Shown: positions 28,114 through 38,200 of the stretch, one piece after another | How positions within the stretch are numbered: the first letter of the stretch is position 1 | Layout of the letters: each line of letters begins with the position of its first letter | Source of the DNA: an uncultured Gemmatimonadaceae bacterium | GTDB taxonomy: Bacteria; Gemmatimonadota; Gemmatimonadetes; Gemmatimonadales; Gemmatimonadaceae | Length of the DNA: 64,000 nt | NCBI GenBank assembly: GCA_963740355.1 | Contig: CAVUDW010000002.1 | Coordinates: forward strand, 1,504,001 to 1,568,000 | Direction of reading: 5' to 3' | Position numbers and translations under genes: made by a program | Notes under the pieces: model-generated | What the model saw: only the letters and a program-made list of their open reading frames with translations | What the model was told of the DNA's origin: nothing | Database searches by the model: none

Positions 28114-29178
28114 ATGAGCCTGCGAGATCGCCTCGACGACGCCGTAGCCCGCGCTGCCGTGGTGGAGCAGGAGCTGCTGGACCCCCGGACGGTCAAAGAT
28201 CCACGGCTTCTCGCCACCCTCGGCAAGGAGCACCAGCGCCTCCAGGACGTCGTGCGCCTGGCCGCCGAAGTGCGCCAGATCGAGCGCGAACTGGTAGAAT
28301 CGCGCGAAATGGCGAACGGCGACGACCCCGATTTCGCCACCGAGGCGCAGGCGGAGGTCGTACGGCTGGAAGAGCGCCTGGAACAACTCGACCGCGATCT
28401 CTATCCGCTGCTGGTGCCGCGCGATCCGCTCGACGATCGGCCCGCAATCATCGAAATCCGCGCCGGTACCGGCGGCGATGAAGCGGCGCTCTTCGCGGCC
28501 GATCTCTGGCGCATGTACGAACGCTTCTTCGCCCGTCAGGGATGGCGCATCGAAGTGATGTCGATGTCCGACGGCACCCTCGGTGGCATCAAGGAAGTCA
28601 TCGCACGTGTCGACGGCAGTGGCGCCTTCGGCACGATGCGCTGGGAGTCCGGCGTGCACCGCGTGCAGCGCGTACCGGCCACCGAAACCCAGGGGCGCAT
28701 CCATACCTCCGCCGCCACGGTGGCCGTGCTGCCGGAAGCGGAAGAAGTCGACGTCACGATCGAGGACAAGGATCTCCGCATCGATGTCTTCCGCTCGTCA
28801 GGGCCTGGTGGACAGAGCGTCAACACCACCGACTCGGCCGTGCGGATCACGCATATCCCCAGCGGGATCGTCGTCAGCCAGCAAGACCAGAAGTCGCAGC
28901 TGCAGAACAAGATCAAGGGGATGACGGTGCTCCGCTCCCGGTTGCTCGACCAGCGTCTCGCGAAGCTCGAGGCGGAACGCTCGCAGATGCGCAGCGCGCA
29001 GGTCGGCACCGGCGATCGCTCGGCCAAGATCCGCACCTACAACTATCCGCAGGATCGCATCACCGATCATCGGATCGGATTGTCTTTGCATGGCATGCAG
29101 TCGGTGATGGATGGCAACATCGGGCCGTTCATCGACGCACTGCAGGAGGCGGAAGTGAAGGAGCGGCTGGGTGGCTGA
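28114..29178 (+). CDS. prfA: Peptide chain release factor 1
   Basis: EIRAGTGGDEAALF, ESGVHRVQRVPATE (PxT), GPGGQSVN; followed by prmC. Confidence 0.96.
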   Translation: MSLRDRLDDAVARAAVVEQELLDPRTVKDPRLLATLGKEHQRLQDVVRLAAEVRQIERELVESREMANGDDPDFATEAQAEVVRLEERLEQLDRDLYPLLVPRDPLDDRPAIIEIRAGTGGDEAALFAADLWRMYERFFARQGWRIEVMSMSDGTLGGIKEVIARVDGSGAFGTMRWESGVHRVQRVPATETQGRIHTSAATVAVLPEAEEVDVTIEDKDLRIDVFRSSGPGGQSVNTTDSAVRITHIPSGIVVSQQDQKSQLQNKIKGMTVLRSRLLDQRLAKLEAERSQMRSAQVGTGDRSAKIRTYNYPQDRITDHRIGLSLHGMQSVMDGNIGPFIDALQEAEVKERLGG

Positions 29179-30094
29179 CCTGTCGCGCCCGCGCACCGTG
29201 GCCGCATTGCGCGACGCGATCGCGGCGAAACTGGGCGGTGCGGTCGAGCATCCGATGGATGAAGCGCGTGACCTGCTGGCCGGCCTGCACGACGCGCCGC
29301 GGTCATGGTCGACGGTGCATGCGGCAGACGAGGTGATCGACCTGTTGGTCGACGCGGCCGACGATGCTGCCGACCGTCGCATCTCCGGTGCGCCGATGGC
29401 GTATGCGATCGGGCGAGCGGCGTTCCGCCACCTCTTCCTGCACGTCGACGAACGGGTCCTGATTCCGCGGCCCGAGACGGAGGAACTGGTCACCCTCGCG
29501 CTGGCCTGCATTGGCCCTGGCACGACCGTGGTGGACGTCGGCACAGGGTCCGGCGCCATTGCACTCTCGATCGCGCAGGAGAGTCAGGCGGCCCGCGTGA
29601 TCGGGATCGACATTTCGCCAAGTGCGATCGAGGTCGCGGAGATGAACGCGCGCGCGGTCCTTCGCCGCGAGTATGCCCGGACCGAGTTCCTCGTCGGGAA
29701 CCTGCTGGAGCCACTGGGCGGTGAGCGGGTGGATGTGGTGGTCTCCAACCCGCCGTACATCGCCACTGGTGAGCGGGATGCGCTCCCGGATGGGGTGCGC
29801 AACTGGGAACCGGCGCTGGCGCTCTACGGCGGCGCGGATGGCATGTCGGTGATCCGGGAGCTGGTCGGGCAGGCGGAGGCGACGCTGACGGCCGGTGGCA
29901 TGCTCCTGATGGAGATCGACGCTCGACGAGCCGATGAGGCGCTGGCCTGCGTCACCAGGCCGCAGTGGCGGGACAGCAGGATCGTCCCCGACGCGTTCGG
30001 TCGGGACCGCTTCGTGGTGGCTCGGCGGACCGAGGCAACGGTTCGGGCTGCTGCTGGGTCTGAGGTCGGCGCTGGCAGTAGCCAAGCGCAGTAA
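29171..30094 (+). CDS. prmC: Release factor glutamine methyltransferase
   Basis: VLIPRPETE, DVGTGSGAIA, SNPPY. Confidence 0.94.
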   Translation: MADLSRPRTVAALRDAIAAKLGGAVEHPMDEARDLLAGLHDAPRSWSTVHAADEVIDLLVDAADDAADRRISGAPMAYAIGRAAFRHLFLHVDERVLIPRPETEELVTLALACIGPGTTVVDVGTGSGAIALSIAQESQAARVIGIDISPSAIEVAEMNARAVLRREYARTEFLVGNLLEPLGGERVDVVVSNPPYIATGERDALPDGVRNWEPALALYGGADGMSVIRELVGQAEATLTAGGMLLMEIDARRADEALACVTRPQWRDSRIVPDAFGRDRFVVARRTEATVRAAAGSEVGAGSSQAQ

Positions 30095-30151
30095 CTTCTG
30101 GCATGGCGTGGGCCGTTCGGGTCCCGCGAATCCCCTTTGCAGTGGACTGAC

Positions 30152-30505
30152 ATGCTCGAGGAGAAAGCCAAGGAACTGGGCCGGCAGATCGGCCAGTCGA
30201 CGGAATATCAGGCGCTCAAGCGCGCGAACGACCTGCTGACGGAAGATGGCGAGGCGTCGTCGGTGCTTCGTCGCCTGTCGCAACTGCGCAGCGAAGCACA
30301 GCAATTCATCGAACGTGGCGAAGATCCGCCGCAGGAGATGGAGCAGGAACTCGACACGCTGCTGCAGAAGGTCGAGCTGAATCCCGTGTACCAGCGGGCG
30401 ATCGTGGCGCAGACCAATTTCGACAAGCTGATGATGCGCGTGAACGAGTTCATCTCGGAAGGAATTCGCACTGGTGCCGTGAGCAAGATCATTACATTGT
30501 CATGA
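30152..30505 (+). CDS. YlbF/YmcA-like small helical regulator
   Basis: 117 aa, all-helical; EKAKELGRQIGQS.EY...NPVYQR.IVAQ.NF..LM..VN..I pattern. Confidence 0.65.
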   Translation: MLEEKAKELGRQIGQSTEYQALKRANDLLTEDGEASSVLRRLSQLRSEAQQFIERGEDPPQEMEQELDTLLQKVELNPVYQRAIVAQTNFDKLMMRVNEFISEGIRTGAVSKIITLS

Positions 30506-31176
30506 CAACATCCGCGGCGCGTGGGCGATTGATCGTGCTCGAGGGGGGCGACGGCGTCGGCAAGACGACGCAGCTCCCGCTCGTCGCCGAGGCGCTGCGC
30601 GCTCGCGGGTTGGTGGTGCACACGATTCGTGAGCCCGGACAGACGCAGGTGGGTCTGCAGGTTCGTGAGTTGCTGCTCAACCCCGACTCGACCATCAGCC
30701 CCGCCACGGAAGCCTTGCTTTTCCTTTCTGCCCGAGCCCAGGTGGTGGCCGAAGTCATCCAGCCGGCGTTGTCGCGTGGTGAATGGGTGGTCGCCGATCG
30801 GTTCTTCGTGTCCACCTATGCCTACCAGATCGCTGGCCATGGACTGGATGACGCACAGGTCCGATCAGCGAATTCCCTCGCCACCGGCGGGTTGGTGCCT
30901 GACCTCACGTTGCTGTTGACGCTCTCTCCGGAAACGGCTGGTGCACGACGGGCCTCGCGCGGCCTCGCTGACCGCCTGGAGCGGTACGGACCGGCGTTCG
31001 ACGCGCGGGTTGCGGCGGCGTACGAGGCGTCGGTGACGTCGGCGTGGCAGGCTCGCCACCCGGAATGCGGTCCAATCGTGCCCGTGCGTGCAGACGGTGC
31101 GGTTGCCGAGACGACCGGGCGACTGATCGAGGCCATCGTGGAACACACGAGCCCGAGTGTGGTGCTTACAGCATGA
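30502..31176 (+). CDS. tmk: Thymidylate kinase
   Basis: EGGDGVGKTT, REPG, DRF..ST.AYQ, PDLTLLL. Confidence 0.94.
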   Translation: MTTSAARGRLIVLEGGDGVGKTTQLPLVAEALRARGLVVHTIREPGQTQVGLQVRELLLNPDSTISPATEALLFLSARAQVVAEVIQPALSRGEWVVADRFFVSTYAYQIAGHGLDDAQVRSANSLATGGLVPDLTLLLTLSPETAGARRASRGLADRLERYGPAFDARVAAAYEASVTSAWQARHPECGPIVPVRADGAVAETTGRLIEAIVEHTSPSVVLTA

Positions 31177-31246
31177 CATCGCAGCGCGTGGCACACCTTG
31201 CCTCGGCCGAGTTCCATCAGCCGGCCAAACGACGACAGGGAAGGGC

Positions 31247-32890
31247 ATGAGCAAGGGTCGAAGTCTTACCGTCGTTGCGGTCCTCGGCCTCGCCATGGCA
31301 TCTGGCGGGTGGCTGATGGGCCGCAGCCTGCATCGCGATGCGCCGGCCACGGTCGACGGTCGCAAGCTGTTCGCGCAGGTGTTGGAGACGGTGCAGAATC
31401 AATTCGTCGATTCCATCCCGATCGATTCATTGTGGCACGAGTCGATGCTCGGCATGGTGAACGAGTTGCACGATCCGCATTCGGTGTTCCTGGTGGCGGA
31501 TCGCCTGAAGCGCTTTCGTGAGCAGACGACCGGGCAGTACGCCGGACTCGGTCTGCGCATGGACGTCCGTGACGGATGGATCACCGTCATCGCGCCGCTG
31601 CCCGGCTCGCCGTCGGAGGCTGCCGGCCTGATGACCGGCGACCGCGTGGTGACGATCGATGGCATGGGCACCAAGGGACTGACGTCGGAAGAGGCCCTGG
31701 TGAAGTTGCGTGGCGCCGCTGGCTCGAAGGTCGTGCTCACGGTGGAGCGTCTGGGCGTGGAGGGTCGGTTGACGTACAACCTCACGCGTCAGGTGATTCA
31801 CGTGCGAGCGGTGCAGCGCGTGGCGATGTTGCCCACCAAGGTCGGCTATCTCGACGTGAGTGTGTTCAGTGACTCCACTGCCGACGAAGTGGCGGCGGGC
31901 GTCGACTCCCTGACGAAGCTGGGGATGGAGTCGCTGGTTCTCGACCTGCGCGGAAATCCCGGTGGACTGGTGCAGCAGGGTGCCGATGTGGCTGATCTCT
32001 TCCTCGACCCCGGGCAGGAGATCGTGACGCTGCGCGGTCGTACGGCAGAATCGAATCGCATCTTCAAGGACAAACTGCCACAGAAGTGGCCCGCACTGCC
32101 GATCGTGGTGCTGGTCGATCGGGGCAGCGCGAGCGCAGCCGAGATCGTGGCCGGTGCACTGCAGGACCATGATCGCGCCGTCGTGGTTGGGACGACGACC
32201 TATGGCAAGGGCAGTGCGCAGAGCGTCTTCGATGCCGGGACGGTTGGCGCGCTCAAGCTCACCACATCGCTCTGGTTCACGCCTGCCGGGCGAAGCATCT
32301 CGATCCGTCGTCGCTACAACGATGATGCGGCCACGTTGCGCACCGGTGTCGAGGAGACGGATTCGCTGAGCCATGAAGTCGACTCGCTGGTCACCAAGCG
32401 ACAGGCGTTCAAGACCGACAAGGGCCGCATCGTGTACGGCGGTGGTGGCATCACCCCCGACGTGATTGCGCGCGACAGCGCGGCCATCGTGCAGGGTGCG
32501 GTGCTGCAGGCGGCGCTCGGTCGAGCGGTGCCACAATTCCGCGACGCACTCACGGCGCTGGCGTTGCAACTGAAGTCCACCGGTGCGTTGACGAACACCA
32601 CGTTCACCGTGACACCGGAGATGCGGGCCTCGCTGCTCGCTGGCGTGCGCGCGCGAGGTGCCGTGGTTCCCGACTCGACGTTCGACGCCAACGCCACCGT
32701 GGTGAATCGCTTGATCGGGTACGAGGCATCGCGCTACGTGTTCGGTCGCGATGCGGAATTCTCGCGGCGTACGGCGGACGATCCGGTGATGCAGCGCGCG
32801 TTATCGCTTTTGCGCGATGCGCCCGGTCGCGACCAGTTGCTGGTGCGCGCCAGTGCCGAGCATCCGAGCAAGGTGGGCAGTCGCTCGTGA
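31247..32890 (+). CDS. S41A carboxyl-terminal processing protease (CtpA/Prc-like)
   Basis: N-terminal TM, DPHS, PDZ domain, DLRGNPGG, SASAAEIVAGALQD, TYGKGSAQ. Confidence 0.92.
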   Translation: MSKGRSLTVVAVLGLAMASGGWLMGRSLHRDAPATVDGRKLFAQVLETVQNQFVDSIPIDSLWHESMLGMVNELHDPHSVFLVADRLKRFREQTTGQYAGLGLRMDVRDGWITVIAPLPGSPSEAAGLMTGDRVVTIDGMGTKGLTSEEALVKLRGAAGSKVVLTVERLGVEGRLTYNLTRQVIHVRAVQRVAMLPTKVGYLDVSVFSDSTADEVAAGVDSLTKLGMESLVLDLRGNPGGLVQQGADVADLFLDPGQEIVTLRGRTAESNRIFKDKLPQKWPALPIVVLVDRGSASAAEIVAGALQDHDRAVVVGTTTYGKGSAQSVFDAGTVGALKLTTSLWFTPAGRSISIRRRYNDDAATLRTGVEETDSLSHEVDSLVTKRQAFKTDKGRIVYGGGGITPDVIARDSAAIVQGAVLQAALGRAVPQFRDALTALALQLKSTGALTNTTFTVTPEMRASLLAGVRARGAVVPDSTFDANATVVNRLIGYEASRYVFGRDAEFSRRTADDPVMQRALSLLRDAPGRDQLLVRASAEHPSKVGSRS

Positions 32891-33765
32891 GCATCATCGC
32901 CGGTTCCATGGAGCCGGTAGTGCTCGTGGGGGCAGGGCGTGCAGGTCGTGCGCTGGCAGCGGCATTGCGCGCCGCCGGCGTGGCGCACGCGTTGGTCGAT
33001 CGCACCAGCATCATCGAGCAGCACGGCCCGCCGGTTTTCTCCAGCCGCACTGACGCTGTGGCGAACTCGCCGGCGGTGCTGGTCGCCGTGCGTGATGGAC
33101 AGCTGGATGTGGCGCTCGACGAACTGCGTGACCGCGACGGCATCCAGCCAGGCACCGTGGTGCTGCAGGTGAGTGGAAGTGCGGAGCCGGCAGCGCGCGA
33201 ACGGATCACGGCCTCAGGAGTGTTTTACGGCACGTTTCATCCACTGCTGCCGCTGATCGATCCCTCGCTGGCGTCGTTCCGCCTGCAGGGCTCCGTGATC
33301 GGTATCGAGGGAGACGCCGCCGCGCACAGCGTCGCCTCACGCCTCGCCGCGCGACTTGGTGCCACCACCATCGAGATTCCGCGCACCGATCGGGCGGCGT
33401 ATCACGCGGCGGCGGTGATCGCCAGCAATTTCCCCGTCACACTCGCGGCGCTGGCGGAAGGCTTGTTGTCGCGTATCGGGGTCGATTCGGTGGCCGCGCA
33501 TCGTGCCGTCCGGGCGCTGATGGCAGCCAGCGTCGAAAACCTGGCGGCCGCGCCCCGTGCGCTGGATGCCCTCACCGGCCCGATCGCACGCGGTGATGTG
33601 TCAACGGTCCTGGCACACACCACGGCACTCCACGGATCGCGGCCATACCACGATGTCTACGAGGTACTGTCGCGGGCGACGCTGGCACTGATGCGCGAAC
33701 GAGGGGACGATCTGCGTGCGGTGGCGGCGCTCGAAGCCGCTCTCGACGCGGATGGACTGCGCTGA
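32887..33765 (+). CDS. Rossmann-like + DUF2520 protein (PanG-like oxidoreductase)
   Basis: GAGRAG, FHPL, YHAAAVIASNF, ALTGPIARGD. Confidence 0.85.
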   Translation: MSIIAGSMEPVVLVGAGRAGRALAAALRAAGVAHALVDRTSIIEQHGPPVFSSRTDAVANSPAVLVAVRDGQLDVALDELRDRDGIQPGTVVLQVSGSAEPAARERITASGVFYGTFHPLLPLIDPSLASFRLQGSVIGIEGDAAAHSVASRLAARLGATTIEIPRTDRAAYHAAAVIASNFPVTLAALAEGLLSRIGVDSVAAHRAVRALMAASVENLAAAPRALDALTGPIARGDVSTVLAHTTALHGSRPYHDVYEVLSRATLALMRERGDDLRAVAALEAALDADGLR

Positions 33766-33911
33766 GAACTGGCTCGCAGCGGGCCATCTCCTCGCGCCCT
33801 GCCGTTCCCTCCGCTCGTGCACGTTGCGACATTCCTTCCAGCGGCTGCCATTCGTCTGGCGCCCTCCCGCGACCTGCGGGCCTCGACTTCGACGCTCATC
33901 CGGTACCCTGC

Positions 33912-34874
33912 ATGCGACGCATTGCCTCACTTGGACTGGCGCTCTCGCTTTTCACGCCGGCGGCCACCTTCGCCGTCACACCATCGCCTGCCATTTCCGC
34001 CGCAATCCCCGGCGAGGAGATGATCGGGCACTGGGACCTCACGGCGACAGGCGCCAATGGTCGAACCTATCCGTCGTGGCTCGAAGTGAAGCTCTCCGGC
34101 AATCGTTCGCTGGTTGGGGCGTTCGTGTCATCCGGCGGAAGTTCACGACCGGTGGCGAAGGTCACGTACACCGGGAACACTTTCCGCTTCGCGATTCCAC
34201 CGCAGTGGGAGCAGGGCGATGGTGACCTGGTGGTCGAAGGCACCTACGCCGACAACAAGATCAGCGGCACGATCACCGAACCGAATGGCCGCACGGCGAA
34301 CTTCGTCGGCGTACGCGCACCAACGCTCGAGCGCACCGCTGCGCCACAGTGGGGCGCACCGATCAACATCTTCAACGGTCGCGACCTGACTGGATGGAAG
34401 ACGTCGCCCGGCACCAGTCAGTGGAGTGTCGTGGGCGGCATTCTCACGAATGCCCGCAACGGCGCGAACCTGATCACGGAGCGTACCTTCACCGACTTCA
34501 AGCTGCACGTCGAGTTCCGTGTGCCGAAGAATGGCAACAGCGGGATCTACCTGCGTGGTCGTCATGAGTTGCAGGTCGAAGACAGCAAGGGGATGGAACC
34601 ACTCAGCACGCACACCGGCGGTATCTACGGTTTCCTGATCCCGAACGAGAATGCGGCACTCGATGCCGGCGCCTGGCAGACGTATGATGTGACGCTGGTC
34701 GGTCGCCGCATCACGGTGGTGCTCAACGGCAAGACGGTGATCTCGATGCAGAACATTCCCGGCATCACGGGCGGCGCGCTGGACAGCAACGAAGGGGAGC
34801 CGGGGCCGATCTACCTGCAGGGTGATCACACGGCCGTCGAGTACCGCAAGATCGTCCTCACGCCGGCGCGGTAG
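33912..34874 (+). CDS. DUF1080 (3-keto-glycoside hydrolase/hydratase family) exported protein
   Basis: Signal peptide; FNGRDLTGW, DFKLHVEF, NSGIYLRG..ELQV, GPIYLQGDH..V.YR.I. Confidence 0.88.
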   Translation: MRRIASLGLALSLFTPAATFAVTPSPAISAAIPGEEMIGHWDLTATGANGRTYPSWLEVKLSGNRSLVGAFVSSGGSSRPVAKVTYTGNTFRFAIPPQWEQGDGDLVVEGTYADNKISGTITEPNGRTANFVGVRAPTLERTAAPQWGAPINIFNGRDLTGWKTSPGTSQWSVVGGILTNARNGANLITERTFTDFKLHVEFRVPKNGNSGIYLRGRHELQVEDSKGMEPLSTHTGGIYGFLIPNENAALDAGAWQTYDVTLVGRRITVVLNGKTVISMQNIPGITGGALDSNEGEPGPIYLQGDHTAVEYRKIVLTPAR

Positions 34875-34931
34875 TCGCAGCGTCGGAAGCGGGCCCGTTT
34901 CCGACGCGCGCACACGCAGGTGCTGAGGATG

Positions 34932-34972
34932 ACGCGTCACATGGCTTTCGAGCCATGTGGCGCGTTTTCTTT
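34932..34972 (+). terminator. Intrinsic terminator after the DUF1080 gene
   Basis: 15-bp stem ACGCGTCACATGGCT / AGCCATGTGGCGCGT (one G-U pair), TTCG loop, then a T-rich tail (TTTCTTT). Confidence 0.8.
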
Positions 34973-35053
34973 GCGCGCTCACCGTGGTCGCTACCGCTAC
35001 CGCTACCGCTGACGTTGACGCGTGTCCCGTGCACCGGAGAGGCGATCCGGCGC

Positions 35054-35112
35054 ACTACGGGAAAACCAGTTGACAGAAGGCAGTGCCTGTCGCATACTAC
35101 GGAAAAACCAGT
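35054..35112 (+). promoter_or_regulatory. Sigma-70 promoter TTGACA-N17-CATACT bracketed by two 17-bp direct repeats
   Basis: -35 at 35070-35075, -10 at 35093-35098; ACTACGG(G/A)AAAACCAGT at 35054 and 35096. Confidence 0.7.
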
Positions 35113-35203
35113 ACTAACCGCCGGAATGCAGCGCTGACACAACCTTTTCGCACCGGCGTATGTCAGACCGCAGATCACGAGCCCACCCTCGAGCCCCGTT
35201 GCC

Positions 35204-38200
35204 ATGCTGGTCCGTTCTCTCCGTCGCGCAGCGCTGCTGCTCGTCGCCGGCGTCACGCTCCTGCGTGCCCAATCCGTCACCGACATCATTCGCGGCCGCA
35301 TCACCGATGACTCCGCCCGCACGGTGGTCGGAGCCAGTGTCTTCGTCACGCGCGGTCCGGATCGGGCGTTCAAGCAAACCACCACGGACAGTGCAGGGCG
35401 TTACGTGGTGTCGTTCGAGGACGGCACAGGCGACTACCTGGTGGCCGTGTCATCGGTCGGGCTGAAGTCGGCGCGACGTCGAGTGCAGCGACAGAACAGC
35501 GAGAAGGAACTCGTCGCGGATTTTGTGCTTGCGCACGACGCGTCGACGCTGGCGGCGGTGAAGGTCACGGCGGACAAGCCCGAACGTGCGAATACACAGG
35601 TGGACCCGACCACGCTCGAAGCGGGGGCGTCGGAACGCTGGTTGGATGGTGTGAACGGGCAGGTCGCGCCTTCACTCGCGGGCAACCTGAGTGCGATTGC
35701 CGGCAACACCCCTGGTGTGACACAGGGCGTGAATGGCCCATCGATTCTTGGCAGCGGGGCGGAGTCGAATCTCACGACGCTCAACGGGATGGCACTCCCT
35801 GGTGGCTCCCTGCCACGTGCCGCGCGTGTCGATACGCGCGTGACCGGTGCCACCTTCGATGTGGTCCGTGGCGGATTCTCCGGCGCAAACACGGACGTGC
35901 AGTTGGGCGCCGGCAGTCGCAACTATCAGGATCGCAACGCCTACCTAACGTTCGACGCGCCATCGCTGCAGTTCACCGATGCCGTCGGGCAGTCACTGGG
36001 CGCGCGATACGGTTCCTATCGCGGCAGCGTTGGCGCGAACGGGTATCTCGTGCCGCACGTCGCGACCTATAACGTCGCCGTCGAGCTGTCGCGGTCGACC
36101 TCCGACCCGGCGACGCTGTTTTCAGGCGATGCGCGTGCCTTGCAATCCGCTGGTGTCTCGCGTGATTCGGTCGCGCGTCTGCAAACTGCGGCGCTCGGCG
36201 TCGGGCTTCCGACCGCGGGCAACGGCATACCCCTGTCGCGTGAACGCAGCGGCATTACGTGGCTGGGGCGGATCGACGATATCCGTGACTCGCTCAACTC
36301 GCGCCAGATCACGAGTTATCTGAGCCTGTCGCGTGACGGTGCGCTCGGGTTTGCACCGCTCAACGCCACCTCGACCGGCGGCAAGTCCACCGATCGTGGG
36401 CTGGGTGCACAGTTCCAGATGTCGAATTTCATCGGCGACGGTCGGCGTATCCTGAACCAGACCAAGCTCGGGGCGAGCCAGACCCGCCAGTCGGGGGATC
36501 CCTACCTCGTTTTGCCTGGCGCCAGTGTGCTGGTGCGGTCCACAGGCACCACCGGCGATGGCATCACCTCGCTCGACCTCGGGGGGAATTCCTTCCTCGA
36601 TCGGACGGAGACGCGAGTGACGGTCGAAGCCAGCAACCTCACGGCGTGGAACGCGAAGGGCCGTCGGCACACCTTCAAGGCCTTTGGCTGGGGTCGCGTC
36701 GATGCCATGGAAACGCAGGGCGGCGCGAACCTGCTCGGTCAGTACGCTTTCAATTCGATCAGCGACTTCTCCGCCGGACGCCCGACCAGCTTTTCGCGCA
36801 CACTGACGCAGCCGAAGAGCGATGGCACCGTGTGGAATGCCGCCACGGCCTTTGGCCATCAGTGGAACGCCACCAAGCGATTCAACCTCCTCTACGGTGC
36901 GCGCATCGAGGGCAATGGGTTTGCGTCTGCGCCAGCAAGGAACGCGCAACTGGAAAGTGCGCTCGGTGTGCAAACGGGCCAGGCGCCGACGATGGTTCAC
37001 GTCAGTCCGCGCGTCGGATTTTCGTACAGCTACAGTCGCAGCAAGGAAAACGGCAACGGTATGGCGATGACGCAGGCCGGGACGTACTTCCGCACCACCA
37101 GTGGTGTGGTGCGCGGTGGCATCGGTGAATTCCGCGACCTCTTGCGTCCTGATATCCTGGCCGATGCATCATCGCGAACCGGCCTTGCGGGAAGCACCCA
37201 GTCGTTGCTCTGCACAGGTGCGGCGGTGCCGGTACCCGATTGGTCTGCGTTCCTGCAGGACCCGAACACCATTCCACGTTCGTGCGTCGACGGCGGCGGT
37301 GTGCTCACCGACAACGCACCACCGGCCACGTTGATCGCGAAGGACTATCAGGTGCCGCGCTCGTGGCGTGCGTCCCTCGACTGGTACACGAACTTCGACT
37401 GGTTGCAGCTGCGCTGGAACAACCTCGCGTCGTGGGACTTGTCGCAGGCGTCTGTCCGCGACGCCAACTTTGCCGGCGTCCAGCAATTCGCGCTGGCGGC
37501 AGAAGGGGGCCGACCGGTGTATGTCTCCACCGCAGGCATCGATGCCGGCACGGGAGCGGTGTCGGCCACCGAGTCGCGTCGTTCCGCCGCATTCGGCCGT
37601 GTCGGTGTGCGCGGAAGCGAACTGCGCGGCTACGGTGGTCAGACGACCATCACGCTCTCCCCCGATGTGTTCCGGATGCGCAGCGTGCCACTCGGCATTT
37701 ATGCGTCGCTGTCATACACGCTGCAGTCGTCGCGCCGTCAGTTCATCGGCTTCGACGGAACGACCGCTGGTGATCCGCGCCTTCGCGAATGGGCGCCAAG
37801 CATGAATGACGCACGGCATATCTTCTCTTTGCAGGGCGCATTCACCATACCGCACTTCGGCACGACGACGTTCTTCACGCGCGCGCAATCCGGCCTGCCG
37901 TTCACGCCGATCGTGCAGGGTGACATCAATGGTGATGGGCGATCTGGTGATCGCGCCTTCATTCCTTCGACGTCCGCCCCCGGGCAAGCGGATCTCGCGG
38001 CGCAGCTGCTGGCATTGCAAACGAATGGCTCAGCGACGGCGCGAAAGTGTCTCTCATCGTTCGCCGGCCAGATCGCATCGCGCAACGGGTGCCGCGGTCC
38101 GTGGACCGCCACGATGAACATGCAGTTTTCGCCGACCATGCCCAAGGCACTGCGGCGCATCAACGCCAGCCTGTACCTCGAGAATGTGCTCGCGGGCGTC

